This document shows positions 26,735 to 41,841 of a DNA stretch of 64,000 nt, piece after piece; within the stretch, counting starts at the first letter, position 1, and each line of letters begins with the position of its first letter. A program made the position numbers and the translations under genes. The DNA is from Octopus vulgaris (Eukaryota), in assembly GCA_951406725.2 (NCBI GenBank), contig OX597839.1:16864001-16928000 (forward strand), given 5' to 3'. The notes below the pieces were generated by a model that did no database searches, had not been told where the DNA came from, and saw only the letters and a list, made by a program, of their open reading frames with translations.

Positions 26735-26774
<40 letters not shown>

Positions 26775-26796
26775 TATATATATATATATATATATG

Positions 26797-26854
<58 letters not shown>

Positions 26855-26890
26855 TATGCATACATACATACATATATATATACGTATATA

Positions 26891-26938
<48 letters not shown>

Positions 26939-27129
26939 TATACATACATACATATATATATACGTATATATATATGTATATATATATATATATATATTGA
27001 TATATAGATATGCATACATACATATATATATACGTATATATATATATATATATAGATATATATATAGATAGATATATAGATATGCATACATACATATATA
27101 TACATATATATATACGTATATATATATGT

Positions 27130-27164
<35 letters not shown>

Positions 27165-27199
27165 TATGCATACATACATATATATACATATATATATAC

Positions 27200-27236
<37 letters not shown>

Positions 27237-27273
27237 TATATATACATACATATATATACATATATATATATAC

Positions 27274-27308
<35 letters not shown>

Positions 27309-27759
27309 CATATATATACATATATATATATACGTATATATATATGTATACATATATATATAGATATGCATACATACATATATATACATATATATATATA
27401 CATATAATATATATATATACATATATATATATATAGATATGCATACATACATATATATACATATATATATACGTATATATATATGTATACATATATATAT
27501 ATATACATACATACATATATATATATATATGTATATATATCTGTATACATATATATATATATGTATATATATATGTATACATATATATATATAGATATGC
27601 ATACATACATATATATATATATGTATATATATATGTATACATATATATATATATAGATATGCATACATATATATATATATGTATATATATATGTATACAT
27701 ATATATATATAGATATGCATACATACATATATATATATATGTATATATATATATGTATG

Positions 27760-27790
<31 letters not shown>

Positions 27791-27871
27791 GTATGTATAT
27801 ATATATATGTATGTATATATATATATGTATGTATATATATATATATGTATGTATATATATATATGTATGTG

Positions 27872-27918
<47 letters not shown>

Positions 27919-27995
27919 ATATATATATGTATATATGTATATATATATATGTATGTATATATATATATGTATGTATATATATATATATATGTATG

Positions 27996-28026
<31 letters not shown>

Positions 28027-28065
28027 GTATGTATATATATATGTATGTATATATATATATGTATG

Positions 28066-28096
<31 letters not shown>

Positions 28097-28197
28097 ATAT
28101 ATGTATATGTATATATGTATATATATATGTATGTATATATATATATATGTATGTATATATATATATATGTATGTATATATATATATATGTATATATG

Positions 28198-28228
<31 letters not shown>

Positions 28229-28251
28229 GTATGTATATATATATATGTATG

Positions 28252-28384
28252 TATTGCGCGTCTGCAACATGAGCTGGACACAATATACAGGTGGGCTGAG
28301 GACAACAACATGCAGTTTAATGCAGGTAAGTTCCAGGCCCTTCGCTACTGGCACACAAAGGTAAATGACGTGAAGACTGGATAT
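28252..28384 (+). mobile_element. ~130-bp CR1-group RT fragment
   Basis: Encodes [32 protein letters not shown]; inverted near-identical copy of 38903-39031. Confidence 0.9.
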
Positions 28385-28399
28385 ATATATACATACATA

Positions 28400-28717
<318 letters not shown>

Positions 28718-28718
28718 C

Positions 28719-28790
<72 letters not shown>

Positions 28791-28841
28791 GTATACATAT
28801 ATAAAATATGTATATATATAAAATAAAAATATATATAAACA

Positions 28842-28903
<62 letters not shown>

Positions 28904-28936
28904 CATATATATACATACATATATATATATATATAC

Positions 28937-29019
<83 letters not shown>

Positions 29020-29087
29020 CATATATATACATACATATATATATATATATATACATATATATACATACATATATATATATATATACA

Positions 29088-29121
<34 letters not shown>

Positions 29122-29122
29122 C

Positions 29123-29155
<33 letters not shown>

Positions 29156-29279
29156 CATATATATACATACATATATATACATATATACATATATATACAT
29201 ACATATATACATATATATACATACATATATATATATATACATATATATACATATATATCATACATATATATATATATAC

Positions 29280-29394
<115 letters not shown>

Positions 29395-29449
29395 CATATA
29401 TATACATACATATATATATATATACATATATATACATACATATATATAT

Positions 29450-29488
<39 letters not shown>

Positions 29489-29558
29489 CATATATATATA
29501 TATATACATATATATACATACATATATATATATATATACATATATACATACATATATA

Positions 29559-29742
<184 letters not shown>

Positions 29743-29793
29743 TGTATATATATATATATATATGTATGTATATATATATAATATATATATATG

Positions 29794-29898
<105 letters not shown>

Positions 29899-29915
29899 AT
29901 ATATATATATGTATG

Positions 29916-29949
<34 letters not shown>

Positions 29950-29953
29950 TATG

Positions 29954-29992
<39 letters not shown>

Positions 29993-30003
29993 ATATATAT
30001 ATG

Positions 30004-30052
<49 letters not shown>

Positions 30053-30514
30053 GTGTGTATGTGTATATATGTGTGTATGTATATATATATGTATGTATAT
30101 ATATATATATGTGTGTATGTATATATATATATATGTATGTATGTGTGTGTGTATATATATATATGTATGTATATATATATATATATGTATGTATATATAT
30201 ATATGTATGTATGTATATATATATGTATGTATATATATATATGTATGTATATATATATGTATGTATATATATATATATGTATGTATATATATATATGTAT
30301 GTATATATATATATGTATGTATGTATATATATATGTATGTATGTATATATATATATGTATGTATGTATATATATATATGTATGTATATATATATATATGT
30401 ATGTATATATATATGTATGTATATATATATATGTATGTATATATATATATGTATATATATATATATGTATGTATATATATATATATATGTATGTATATAT
30501 ATATATGTATGTAT

Positions 30515-30546
<32 letters not shown>

Positions 30547-30828
30547 GTATGTATATATATATATATGTATGTATATATATATATGTATGTATATATATAT
30601 ATGTATGTATATATATATATATGTATGTATATATATATATGTATGTATATATATATATGTATGTATATATATATATGTATGTATATATATATATGTGTGT
30701 ATATATATATATATGTATGTATATATATATATGTATGTATATATATATATGTATGTATATATATATATATGTATGTATATATATATATGTATATATATAT
30801 ATATGTATGTATATATATATATATATGT

Positions 30829-30973
30829 ATCTTTATCTTTATCTTTATCTTTTACTTGTTTCAGTCATTTGACTGCGAAGCCATGCTGGAGCACCGCCTT
30901 TAGTCGAGCAAATCGACCCCGGGACTTATTCTTTGTAAGCCCAGTACTTATTCTATCGGTCTCTTTTGCCGAA
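30829..30973 (-). mobile_element. SINE 3' fragment
   Basis: Homologous to 13093-13216; (AAAGAT)n tail. Confidence 0.85.
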
Positions 30974-31134
30974 ATATATGTATGTATATATATATATATA
31001 TATGTATGTATATATATATATATATATGTATGTATATATATATATATATATGTATGTATATATATATATATGTATGTATATATATATATATATGTATGTA
31101 TATATATATATATGTATGTATATATATATATATG

Positions 31135-31185
<51 letters not shown>

Positions 31186-31210
31186 ATATATATGTATGTA
31201 TATATATATG

Positions 31211-31271
<61 letters not shown>

Positions 31272-31432
31272 GTATATATATGTATGTATATATATATGTA
31301 TGTATATATATATGTATATATATATATATATGTATGTATATATATATGTATGTATATATATATGTATGTATATATATATATATATGTATGTATATATATA
31401 TATATGTATGTATATATATATATATGTATGTA

Positions 31433-31465
<33 letters not shown>

Positions 31466-31470
31466 GTATG

Positions 31471-31501
<31 letters not shown>

Positions 31502-31632
31502 GTATGTATATATATATGTATGTATATATATATATATGTATGTATATATATATATGTATGTATATATATATATATGTATGTATATATATATGTATGTATA
31601 TATATATATATGTATGTATATATATATATATG

Positions 31633-31681
<49 letters not shown>

Positions 31682-31844
31682 ATATATATGTATGTATATA
31701 TATATGTATGTATATATATATGTATGTATATATATATGTATGTGTATATGTGTGTGTGTATGTATGTATGTGTGTATGTATGTATATATATATGTATGTA
31801 TATATATATGTATGTATATATATATGTGTATGTATATATATATG

Positions 31845-31913
<69 letters not shown>

Positions 31914-31920
31914 GTATGTG

Positions 31921-31957
<37 letters not shown>

Positions 31958-32293
31958 TTGTGTATAACAAAGTAGAAATATAGTATGTATATATATATGT
32001 ATGTATATATATATGTATGTATATATATATATATGTATGTATATATATATATATATGTATGTATATATATATGTATGTATATATATATATATGTATATAT
32101 ATATATGTATGTATGTATATATATGTATATATGTATGTATGTATATATATATATGTATATATATATATATGTATATATATATATGTATGTATATATATAT
32201 ATGTATGTATATATATATGTATGTATATATATATATGTATGTATATATATATATATGTATGTATATATATATGTATATATATATATATGTATG

Positions 32294-32324
<31 letters not shown>

Positions 32325-32491
32325 GTATGTATATATATATATATGTATGTATATATATATATATGTATGTATATATATATATATGTATGTATATATATAT
32401 ATGTATGTATATATATATATGTATGTATATATATATATATGTATGTATGTATGTATATATATATGTATGTATGTATGTATATATATATATG

Positions 32492-32544
<53 letters not shown>

Positions 32545-32550
32545 GTATGT

Positions 32551-32582
<32 letters not shown>

Positions 32583-32659
32583 GTATGTATATATATGTAT
32601 GTATATATATGTATATATATCTATGTGTATGTATATATATATATGTATATATATGTATG

Positions 32660-32694
<35 letters not shown>

Positions 32695-32728
32695 GTATAT
32701 ATATGTGTGTATATATATGTATGTATAT

Positions 32729-32792
<64 letters not shown>

Positions 32793-32844
32793 GTATATAT
32801 ATGTATGTATATATATGTATATATATATATATATGTATGTATAT

Positions 32845-32884
<40 letters not shown>

Positions 32885-32885
32885 G

Positions 32886-32917
<32 letters not shown>

Positions 32918-32922
32918 TATAT

Positions 32923-32997
<75 letters not shown>

Positions 32998-33057
32998 TAT
33001 ATGTATGTATATATATATATGTATGTATATATATATATGTATGTATATATATATATG

Positions 33058-33134
<77 letters not shown>

Positions 33135-33135
33135 A

Positions 33136-33198
<63 letters not shown>

Positions 33199-33265
33199 GT
33201 ATGTATATATATATATGTATGTATGTATATATATATATGTATGTATGTATATATATATATGTATG

Positions 33266-33302
<37 letters not shown>

Positions 33303-33661
33303 GTATGTATATATATATATGTATGTATGTATATATATATGTATGTATGTATATATATATATGTATGTATGTATATATATGTATGTATGTATATATATAT
33401 ATGTATGTATGTATATATATATATGTATGTATGTATATATATATATGTATGTATATATATATATATATATATGTATGTATATATATATATGTATGTATAT
33501 ATATATATGTATGTATATATATATATGTATGTATATATATATATGTATGTATATATATATATGTATGTATATATATATATATATGTATGTATATATATAT
33601 ATGTATGTATATATATATGTATGTATATATATATATATGTATGTATATATATATATGTATG

Positions 33662-33692
<31 letters not shown>

Positions 33693-33819
33693 GTATATAT
33701 ATATATGTATGTATATATATATATGTATGTATATATATATATATGTATATATATATGTATGTATATATATATATGTATGTATATATATATATGTATGTAT
33801 ATATATATATATATGTATG

Positions 33820-33850
<31 letters not shown>

Positions 33851-33870
33851 GTATGTATATATATATATGT

Positions 33871-34015
33871 ATCTTTATCTTTATCTTTATCTTTTACTTG
33901 TTTCAGTCATTTGACTGCGTAGCCATGCTGGAGCACCGCCTTTAGTCGAGCAAATCGACCCCGGGACTTATTCTTTGTAAGCCCAGTACTTATTCTATCG
34001 GTCTCTTTTGCCGAA
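33871..34015 (-). mobile_element. SINE 3' fragment (duplicate of 30829-30973)
   Basis: One mismatch seen; identical breakpoints. Confidence 0.85.
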
Positions 34016-34026
34016 ATATATGTATG

Positions 34027-34063
<37 letters not shown>

Positions 34064-34175
34064 GTATGATATATGTATATATATGTATGTATATATATAT
34101 ATATGTATGTATATATATATATATGTATGTATGTATATATATGTATATATATATGTATGTATATATATATGTATG

Positions 34176-34235
<60 letters not shown>

Positions 34236-34283
34236 TGTATGTATATATATATATATGTGTATGTATATATATGTATGTATATA

Positions 34284-34334
<51 letters not shown>

Positions 34335-34367
34335 GTATGTATATATATATGTATGTATATATATATG

Positions 34368-34406
<39 letters not shown>

Positions 34407-34485
34407 ATATATATGTATGTATATATATATGTATGTATATATATATATATATGTATGTATATATATATATATATGTATGTATATA

Positions 34486-37396
34486 TCATCATCATCATCA
34501 TCATCATCGTTTAACGTCCGCTTTCCGCGCTAGCACGGGTTGGACGGTTTGACCGGGTCTGGGAAGCCAGGGGCCGCTCCAGGCTCCAGTCTGAATCTGG
34601 CAGAGTTTCTACGGCTGGATGCCCTTCCTAACGCCAACCACTCCGTGAGTGGATTGGGTGCTTTTTACGTGCCACCTGCACAGGGGCCGGAGGGTCCGGC
34701 ATCGTCACGATCGGATTCGAGCATTTTAACGTGTCAGCGGCACGGGGGCAACGGAGGTCCGGGGTACTTTGGGGATTGGGGTATTTTGGGGATCCAGGGT
34801 ACTTTGGGGATCCGGGGTACTTTGGGGATCCGGGGTACTTAGAATGGGTAGGGGGTATGTGGAATTGCTGCAGAAAGCAGCCCGGGTCTTTGTAGTCACA
34901 GCATATCTCCAGAGATCTCGGTCCTTCGCCATTGCCTCAGTGAGGCCCAATGCTCTGAGGTCATGCTTGACCACCTCATCCCATGTCTTCCTGGGTCTAC
35001 CTCTCCCCCTGATACCTTCAACTGTTTGGGAGTGGCACTTCTTCACACATCTCTCTTCATCCATCCGCAGCACATGACCATACCATCGCAAGCGTCGCTC
35101 TTGCACACCACATCTGATGCTTCTTATATCCAGCATTTCTCTCAGGATACTTACACTCTGTTTTGCGTGCACACTGACACTACACATCCAGCGGATCATG
35201 CTAGCTTCATTTCTTTCAAGTCTACGCATGTCTTCTGCAGTCACAGCCCATGTTTCATTACCGTGAAGCATGGCAGTTCGCACACATGCATCATATAATC
35301 TACCTTTTGCTCTGAGGGAGAGGCCTTTTGTTGCCAGTAGGGGTAGGAGCTTTCTGAACTTTGCCCAGGCTATTCGTATTCTAGTGGTGATACTCTCTGT
35401 GCATCCACCTCCGCTACTAACTTGGTCTCCCAGGTAGCGGAAACTATCAACTACTTCTAGTTTCTCTCCCTGGAGTGTGATGGAATCTGTTTTCTGAGTG
35501 TCTGTTGTGTCTATTGTCCCTGTGCATCTGCCGCACATGAAAGCTATCTTATCTGTTAATTTCCCTTTAATGTTGCTGCACCTCTTATGTGTCCATAACT
35601 TACATTGGGTGCATCTTATGGAGTTTCTACCTGTACCTTTCCTACAGGTTGAGCAGGGCCACCTACCCGAGGGGATGTGTGTTGAGTACCTCTTGCTGCT
35701 TACTAATACTTTGGTCTTTGCTACATTTATTCTAAGGCCCTTTGATTCCAACCCTTGCTTCCATACCCGAAATTTCTCTTCTAGTTCCGGTAGTGATTCT
35801 GCTATGAGAGCTAGGTCATCGGCATAGAGGAGCTCCCAGGGGCATCCCGTTTTGAATTCCTCTGTTATTGCTTGAAGTACTATGATGAACAAAAGGGGAC
35901 TGAGGGCTGAGCCCTGGTGCACACCTACTTCTACTCGGAATTCTTCACTATATTCGTTGCCAATCCTAACCTTGCTAACAGCCTCTCTGTATAGAGCCTG
36001 TACAGCCCTTATTAGCCATTCTTCAATCTCCAGTTTCCGCATCGACCACCAGATAAGGGAACGGGGAACCCTGTCAAAGGCTTTCTCCAAGTCTACAAAA
36101 GCTATGTAGAGGGGTTTATCTTTAGCTAGGTACTTCTCCTGCAGTTGTCGGACCAGGAATATAGCATCAGTGGTGCTTCTACCTGGTACAAAACCGAACT
36201 GCATTTCATCTAAACAAATTCTCTCCCTAATGAGATTGGTTATGACCTTCTCTGAGACCTTCATCACCTGGTCCAACAGTTTGATACCTCTGTAGTTATT
36301 TCTATCTAGAGCATCACCCTTACCCTTGTAGCAGTTGACTATGGTACTGCTGCACCAGTCATTGGGTATGGCTCCATTGTGAACTACCTGGTTTACAATG
36401 CGGGTGACTATGGCATGGCCCACATAGCCAGCTGTTTTAAGCATCTCAGCAGTGATTCCTGATAGGCCAGGGGCTTTGCCTGGTTTCATATCCTTAATTG
36501 CCTTATCTACAAGGGAGCTGTCTATTCGGGTAGCTGGTCCCTCTACTGGGTCAACATTTGGCAGGCTCTCCTCCTCCCATTCATTCTCCTCATTTAGCAG
36601 TCTTTCATAATGGCTTCTCCAAGCCTCTTTCTTTCACTAGTAGTAAAAGCAAGTGCCCCATCATCCATGCGGACACATTTCTCTCCTATAACATCGCTAT
36701 TTTCTCTGACACACTGTCTGGCAATCCGAAATACTTCAGCTCTTTGATCCTCGCGACGCTGGACATTGGCAAACTTCTTCTTTTCTGCTACATCTTTGGC
36801 AATGTATACCTGCCGCCCAGCCTCCCTTTTGGCTATCTGGTACAGTTCCCTGCTGCCCCCTCCTTCCAGGCTTTCCAGGCCCGTCTCTTTTCACAGATGG
36901 CTTTATCTACTGCACTATTCCACCACCACGTAATTCTAGGTCTGAAGGGACTTTGCACCATCCACAAACTTGGTCTGTGGCACTCAACAAGCTGTCCCGT
37001 AGGAATTCCCAGCTACCTTCTATGTCTGACATCTGAAGCTCCTCTTCCCTCTCATCAAATTTCTTGATGAGTATGTCCCTAAATTTCTGACCATGCGAAG
37101 GGTTCTTTAGCCTCCAAATCCTTCTTTTCTGGATTGGTTTGTTTCTTGGAGTCCTTCTGGCCTCAAGCTTAAAGTCACTGATGATTAGTCTATGCTGAGG
37201 GATACATTCTTCACCCGGGAGGGTCTTTGTATTCAAGAGCAACCCTGCATCCCGTTGTCTGGTGAGGATGAAGTCTATTTGGCTAGCGGAGTCTCCTGAC
37301 TGATAAGTTATAAGGTGGCAGACTGGCTTCTTGAAGTTAGTGTTGCAGATTGAAAGGTTACATGCATCACAGAATTCCAGTAGTCTAGTTCCCTCG
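34486..37396 (-). mobile_element. 5'-truncated RTE-clade LINE (partial APE endonuclease, RT, 3' UTR, (TGA)n tail), frameshifted
   Basis: [21 protein letters not shown] and QHRL (APE C-terminus); QFGF, FVDLEKAFD, GVHQGSALSPLLF, YADD, LRWYGHV.RM and RGRPRKTW. Confidence 0.95.
34726..36489 (-). CDS. RTE LINE reverse transcriptase ORF (uninterrupted portion) with embedded PHD-type finger
   Basis: 587-aa ORF with RT motifs including YADD; upstream part is in other frames, so the copy is probably defective. Confidence 0.8.
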   Translation of the reverse strand: MKPGKAPGLSGITAEMLKTAGYVGHAIVTRIVNQVVHNGAIPNDWCSSTIVNCYKGKGDALDRNNYRGIKLLDQVMKVSEKVITNLIRERICLDEMQFGFVPGRSTTDAIFLVRQLQEKYLAKDKPLYIAFVDLEKAFDRVPRSLIWWSMRKLEIEEWLIRAVQALYREAVSKVRIGNEYSEEFRVEVGVHQGSALSPLLFIIVLQAITEEFKTGCPWELLYADDLALIAESLPELEEKFRVWKQGLESKGLRINVAKTKVLVSSKRYSTHIPSGRWPCSTCRKGTGRNSIRCTQCKLWTHKRCSNIKGKLTDKIAFMCGRCTGTIDTTDTQKTDSITLQGEKLEVVDSFRYLGDQVSSGGGCTESITTRIRIAWAKFRKLLPLLATKGLSLRAKGRLYDACVRTAMLHGNETWAVTAEDMRRLERNEASMIRWMCSVSVHAKQSVSILREMLDIRSIRCGVQERRLRWYGHVLRMDEERCVKKCHSQTVEGIRGRGRPRKTWDEVVKHDLRALGLTEAMAKDRDLWRYAVTTKTRAAFCSNSTYPLPILSTPDPQSTPDPQSTLDPQNTPIPKVPRTSVAPVPLTR

Positions 37397-38902
<1,506 letters not shown>

Positions 38903-40010
38903 CCAGTCTTCACGTCATTTACCTTTGTGTGCCAGTAGCGCAGGGCCTGGAACTTACCTGCATTAAACTGCATGTTGTTGTCCTCAGCCCACCTGTATAT
39001 TGTGTCCAGCTCATGTTGCAGATGCGCAATATTTTCAGGGTTTTGTATTGTGTGGGAGACTTTTGTGTCATCTGCATAGCTAGCAAGGGTGGTCATCGTA
39101 GCAACTGAAGGCATGTCTGAAAGGGCCACTATGAACATCAGTGGCCCCAAGACAGTGCCCTGTGGGACACCGCTTGTTATTTGCGTTTCCTTGGAGGTGG
39201 CTCCATTGCTCACAACTGCCTGTTTTCTGTCTTTTAGGAAGTTGTGCAGCCACTCTCCAAGTTTTCCGCCTATGCCGAGACCACGCAGTTTGTGACAGAT
39301 CATACCATGGTCGACTTTATCAAAGGCTTTTGGAAAGTCGAGATATATTACATCCACATTTGAGCCATTTAGTAGCTGTTTCAACACCCAGTCATAGTGT
39401 TGCAGGAGCTGTGTTAGGCAGCCTCTACCTGGTCGAAATGCATGCTGGGTGTCAGACAGCAAGTCATTTTCTTCAAGGAACATGATTAGTTTCTTATGGA
39501 CTATTCGTTCCATGACTTTGCTGATGTGTGAGGTCAGAGAGATAGGCCTATAATTTTTAGCATCTGCTCTGCTACCTCCCTTATGGATAGGGCATATTAC
39601 CCCCTCTTTCAATTTGACTGGGAGCTTACCACTTGCAAGAAAGCTCTGAAAAAGAAGCTGTAGCGGTTTTGCAAGGGGTCGTTTACACGATTTGAGAAGG
39701 ATCGCTGGGAATCCATCAGGTCCAGCAGCTGAGTTTGTGTCAATCTCATCAATGGCTAGTGTGATATCATCATCTTCGATGTTGATGTACTCAATTTTTG
39801 TCTCTTTGGCCGCAGGTAAAGTGGCAAAGAATTCTTCTGGGTTGTTTACTTGCCTGTGTCCTAGAGGTGTAGTGAACACACTTTGGAACTGTTCGTTCAG
39901 TATTTCACTTATCCTCGTGGGATTTCCTGTGAGATAGCCATCTTTTTGGAAGAGAGGTCCTATTCTCTGGTGCACTGTGGCTGTCTCTTTGGCAAACTTT
40001 AGGGTTTGAT
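38903..40010 (-). mobile_element. CR1-group LINE RT segment (inverted part)
   Basis: [45 protein letters not shown] and YADD motifs. Confidence 0.93.
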
Positions 40011-40018
40011 TTTAGGGT

Positions 40019-40372
40019 TTGATGCCAAGGATTCCAACATCACCATCAAAATACAGGTCCAGATACTGCAACAGCTTGGGTTTCAGAGGACCACAGCTCT
40101 TTAACATCCTCCATAAATGCCTGAGAGACTTACATGGTGTGAATGTGGGTTTCTTTAAAACTAAACTGGATCTCTTCTTGTTGGGAGTCCCAGATGAAAC
40201 TACCTCATGACAGGAGACGCGGATGCGGGCAGCAGCATCGAACTCCCTTGTTGATCAAGTGCCACGTATCAGAGGTGGATTCACAAATTAGTGTAGCTCA
40301 TTCAGCGGTGGTGCCCCAGCATGGCCGTGGCCTTCGGGCTAAAACATTTTTAAGGATTTAAGGATTTAAGGA
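40019..40372 (+). mobile_element. CR1-group LINE 3' end with (TTTAAGGA)3 tail
   Basis: GPQLFNIL...FKTKLD.FL..VPD resembles the C-terminus of ORF 41925-42614; GGTGGTGCCCCAGCATGGCC 3' motif. Confidence 0.85.
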
Positions 40373-40518
40373 TATACATATATATATATGTATTTACATG
40401 TATATATATACGTATATATATATGTATTTACATGTATATATATACGTATATATATATGTATTTACATGTATATATATACATAAATATATATATACGTATA
40501 TATATATATATTTACATG

Positions 40519-40563
<45 letters not shown>

Positions 40564-40564
40564 T

Positions 40565-40615
<51 letters not shown>

Positions 40616-40667
40616 CGTATATATATATGTATTTATATATATATATATACGTATATATATATGTATT

Positions 40668-40698
<31 letters not shown>

Positions 40699-41224
40699 AC
40701 GTATATATATATGTATTTACATGTATATATATAGACATATATATATATATACGTATATATATATGTATTTACATGTATATATATATATACATATATACAT
40801 ATACGTATATATATATGTATTTACATGTATATATATATACATATATATATATATACGTTTATACATATGTATTTACATGTATATATATATATACATATAT
40901 ATATATACGTATATACATATGTATTTACATGTATATATATACATATATATATATATACGTATATATATATGTATTTACATGTATATATATATATATATAT
41001 ATATAATGTAAATACATGTATAATACATATATATATACGTATATATATATATACATATATATATACGTATATATATATATATATATATACATGTATATAT
41101 ATATATATATACGTATATAAATATACATATATATAAATAATAATATATAATATATATATATATATACATGTATTATATATATACATATATATATATACTA
41201 CGTATATATATATGTATTTACATC

Positions 41225-41283
<59 letters not shown>

Positions 41284-41395
41284 TTACATGTATGTATATA
41301 TATACATATATATATATACGTATATTATATAAATATATACGTATATATATATATACATATATATATAATATAATAATAATATTAATTTATTACAT

Positions 41396-41428
<33 letters not shown>

Positions 41429-41615
41429 CGTATATATATGTATTAATATTATAATACATATATATATACATATATATGTATTTACATGTATGTATATATA
41501 TACATATATATATATATACGTATATATATATGTATATACATGTATGTATATATATACATATTTATATATATGTATATAAATGTATGTATATGTATACATG
41601 TATGTATATACGTAT
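40373..41615. repeat. TA-based minisatellite with TGTATTTACATG/TACGTA higher-order unit
   Basis: Directly visible. Confidence 0.9.
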
Positions 41616-41667
41616 CTCTCTCTCTCTTTCGGAGAGGCACTGAGCAGCTATACGCACACATACACAC

Positions 41668-41810
41668 ACGGCAGTAACTTCCACCTACCGAATTCAATCA
41701 CAAAGCTCCGGTCTGCTCGGGGCTATAGTGGAAGACACCTAACCAAAGTGCCACGCAGTGGGACTGAGCCCGAAACCATATGGCTAGGAAGCAAGCCCCC
41801 TAACCACACA
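41668..41810 (-). mobile_element. CORE-type SINE, 5' part
   Basis: Closely similar to 23550-23695. Confidence 0.8.
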
Positions 41811-41841
41811 GATATATATATAAATGTATGTATATATATAG

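Noticed and set aside
39998-40023. Two TTAGGG telomere-like motifs at the inversion junction
   Set aside because: The sequence is native LINE coding DNA (SNPK on the minus strand) duplicated once
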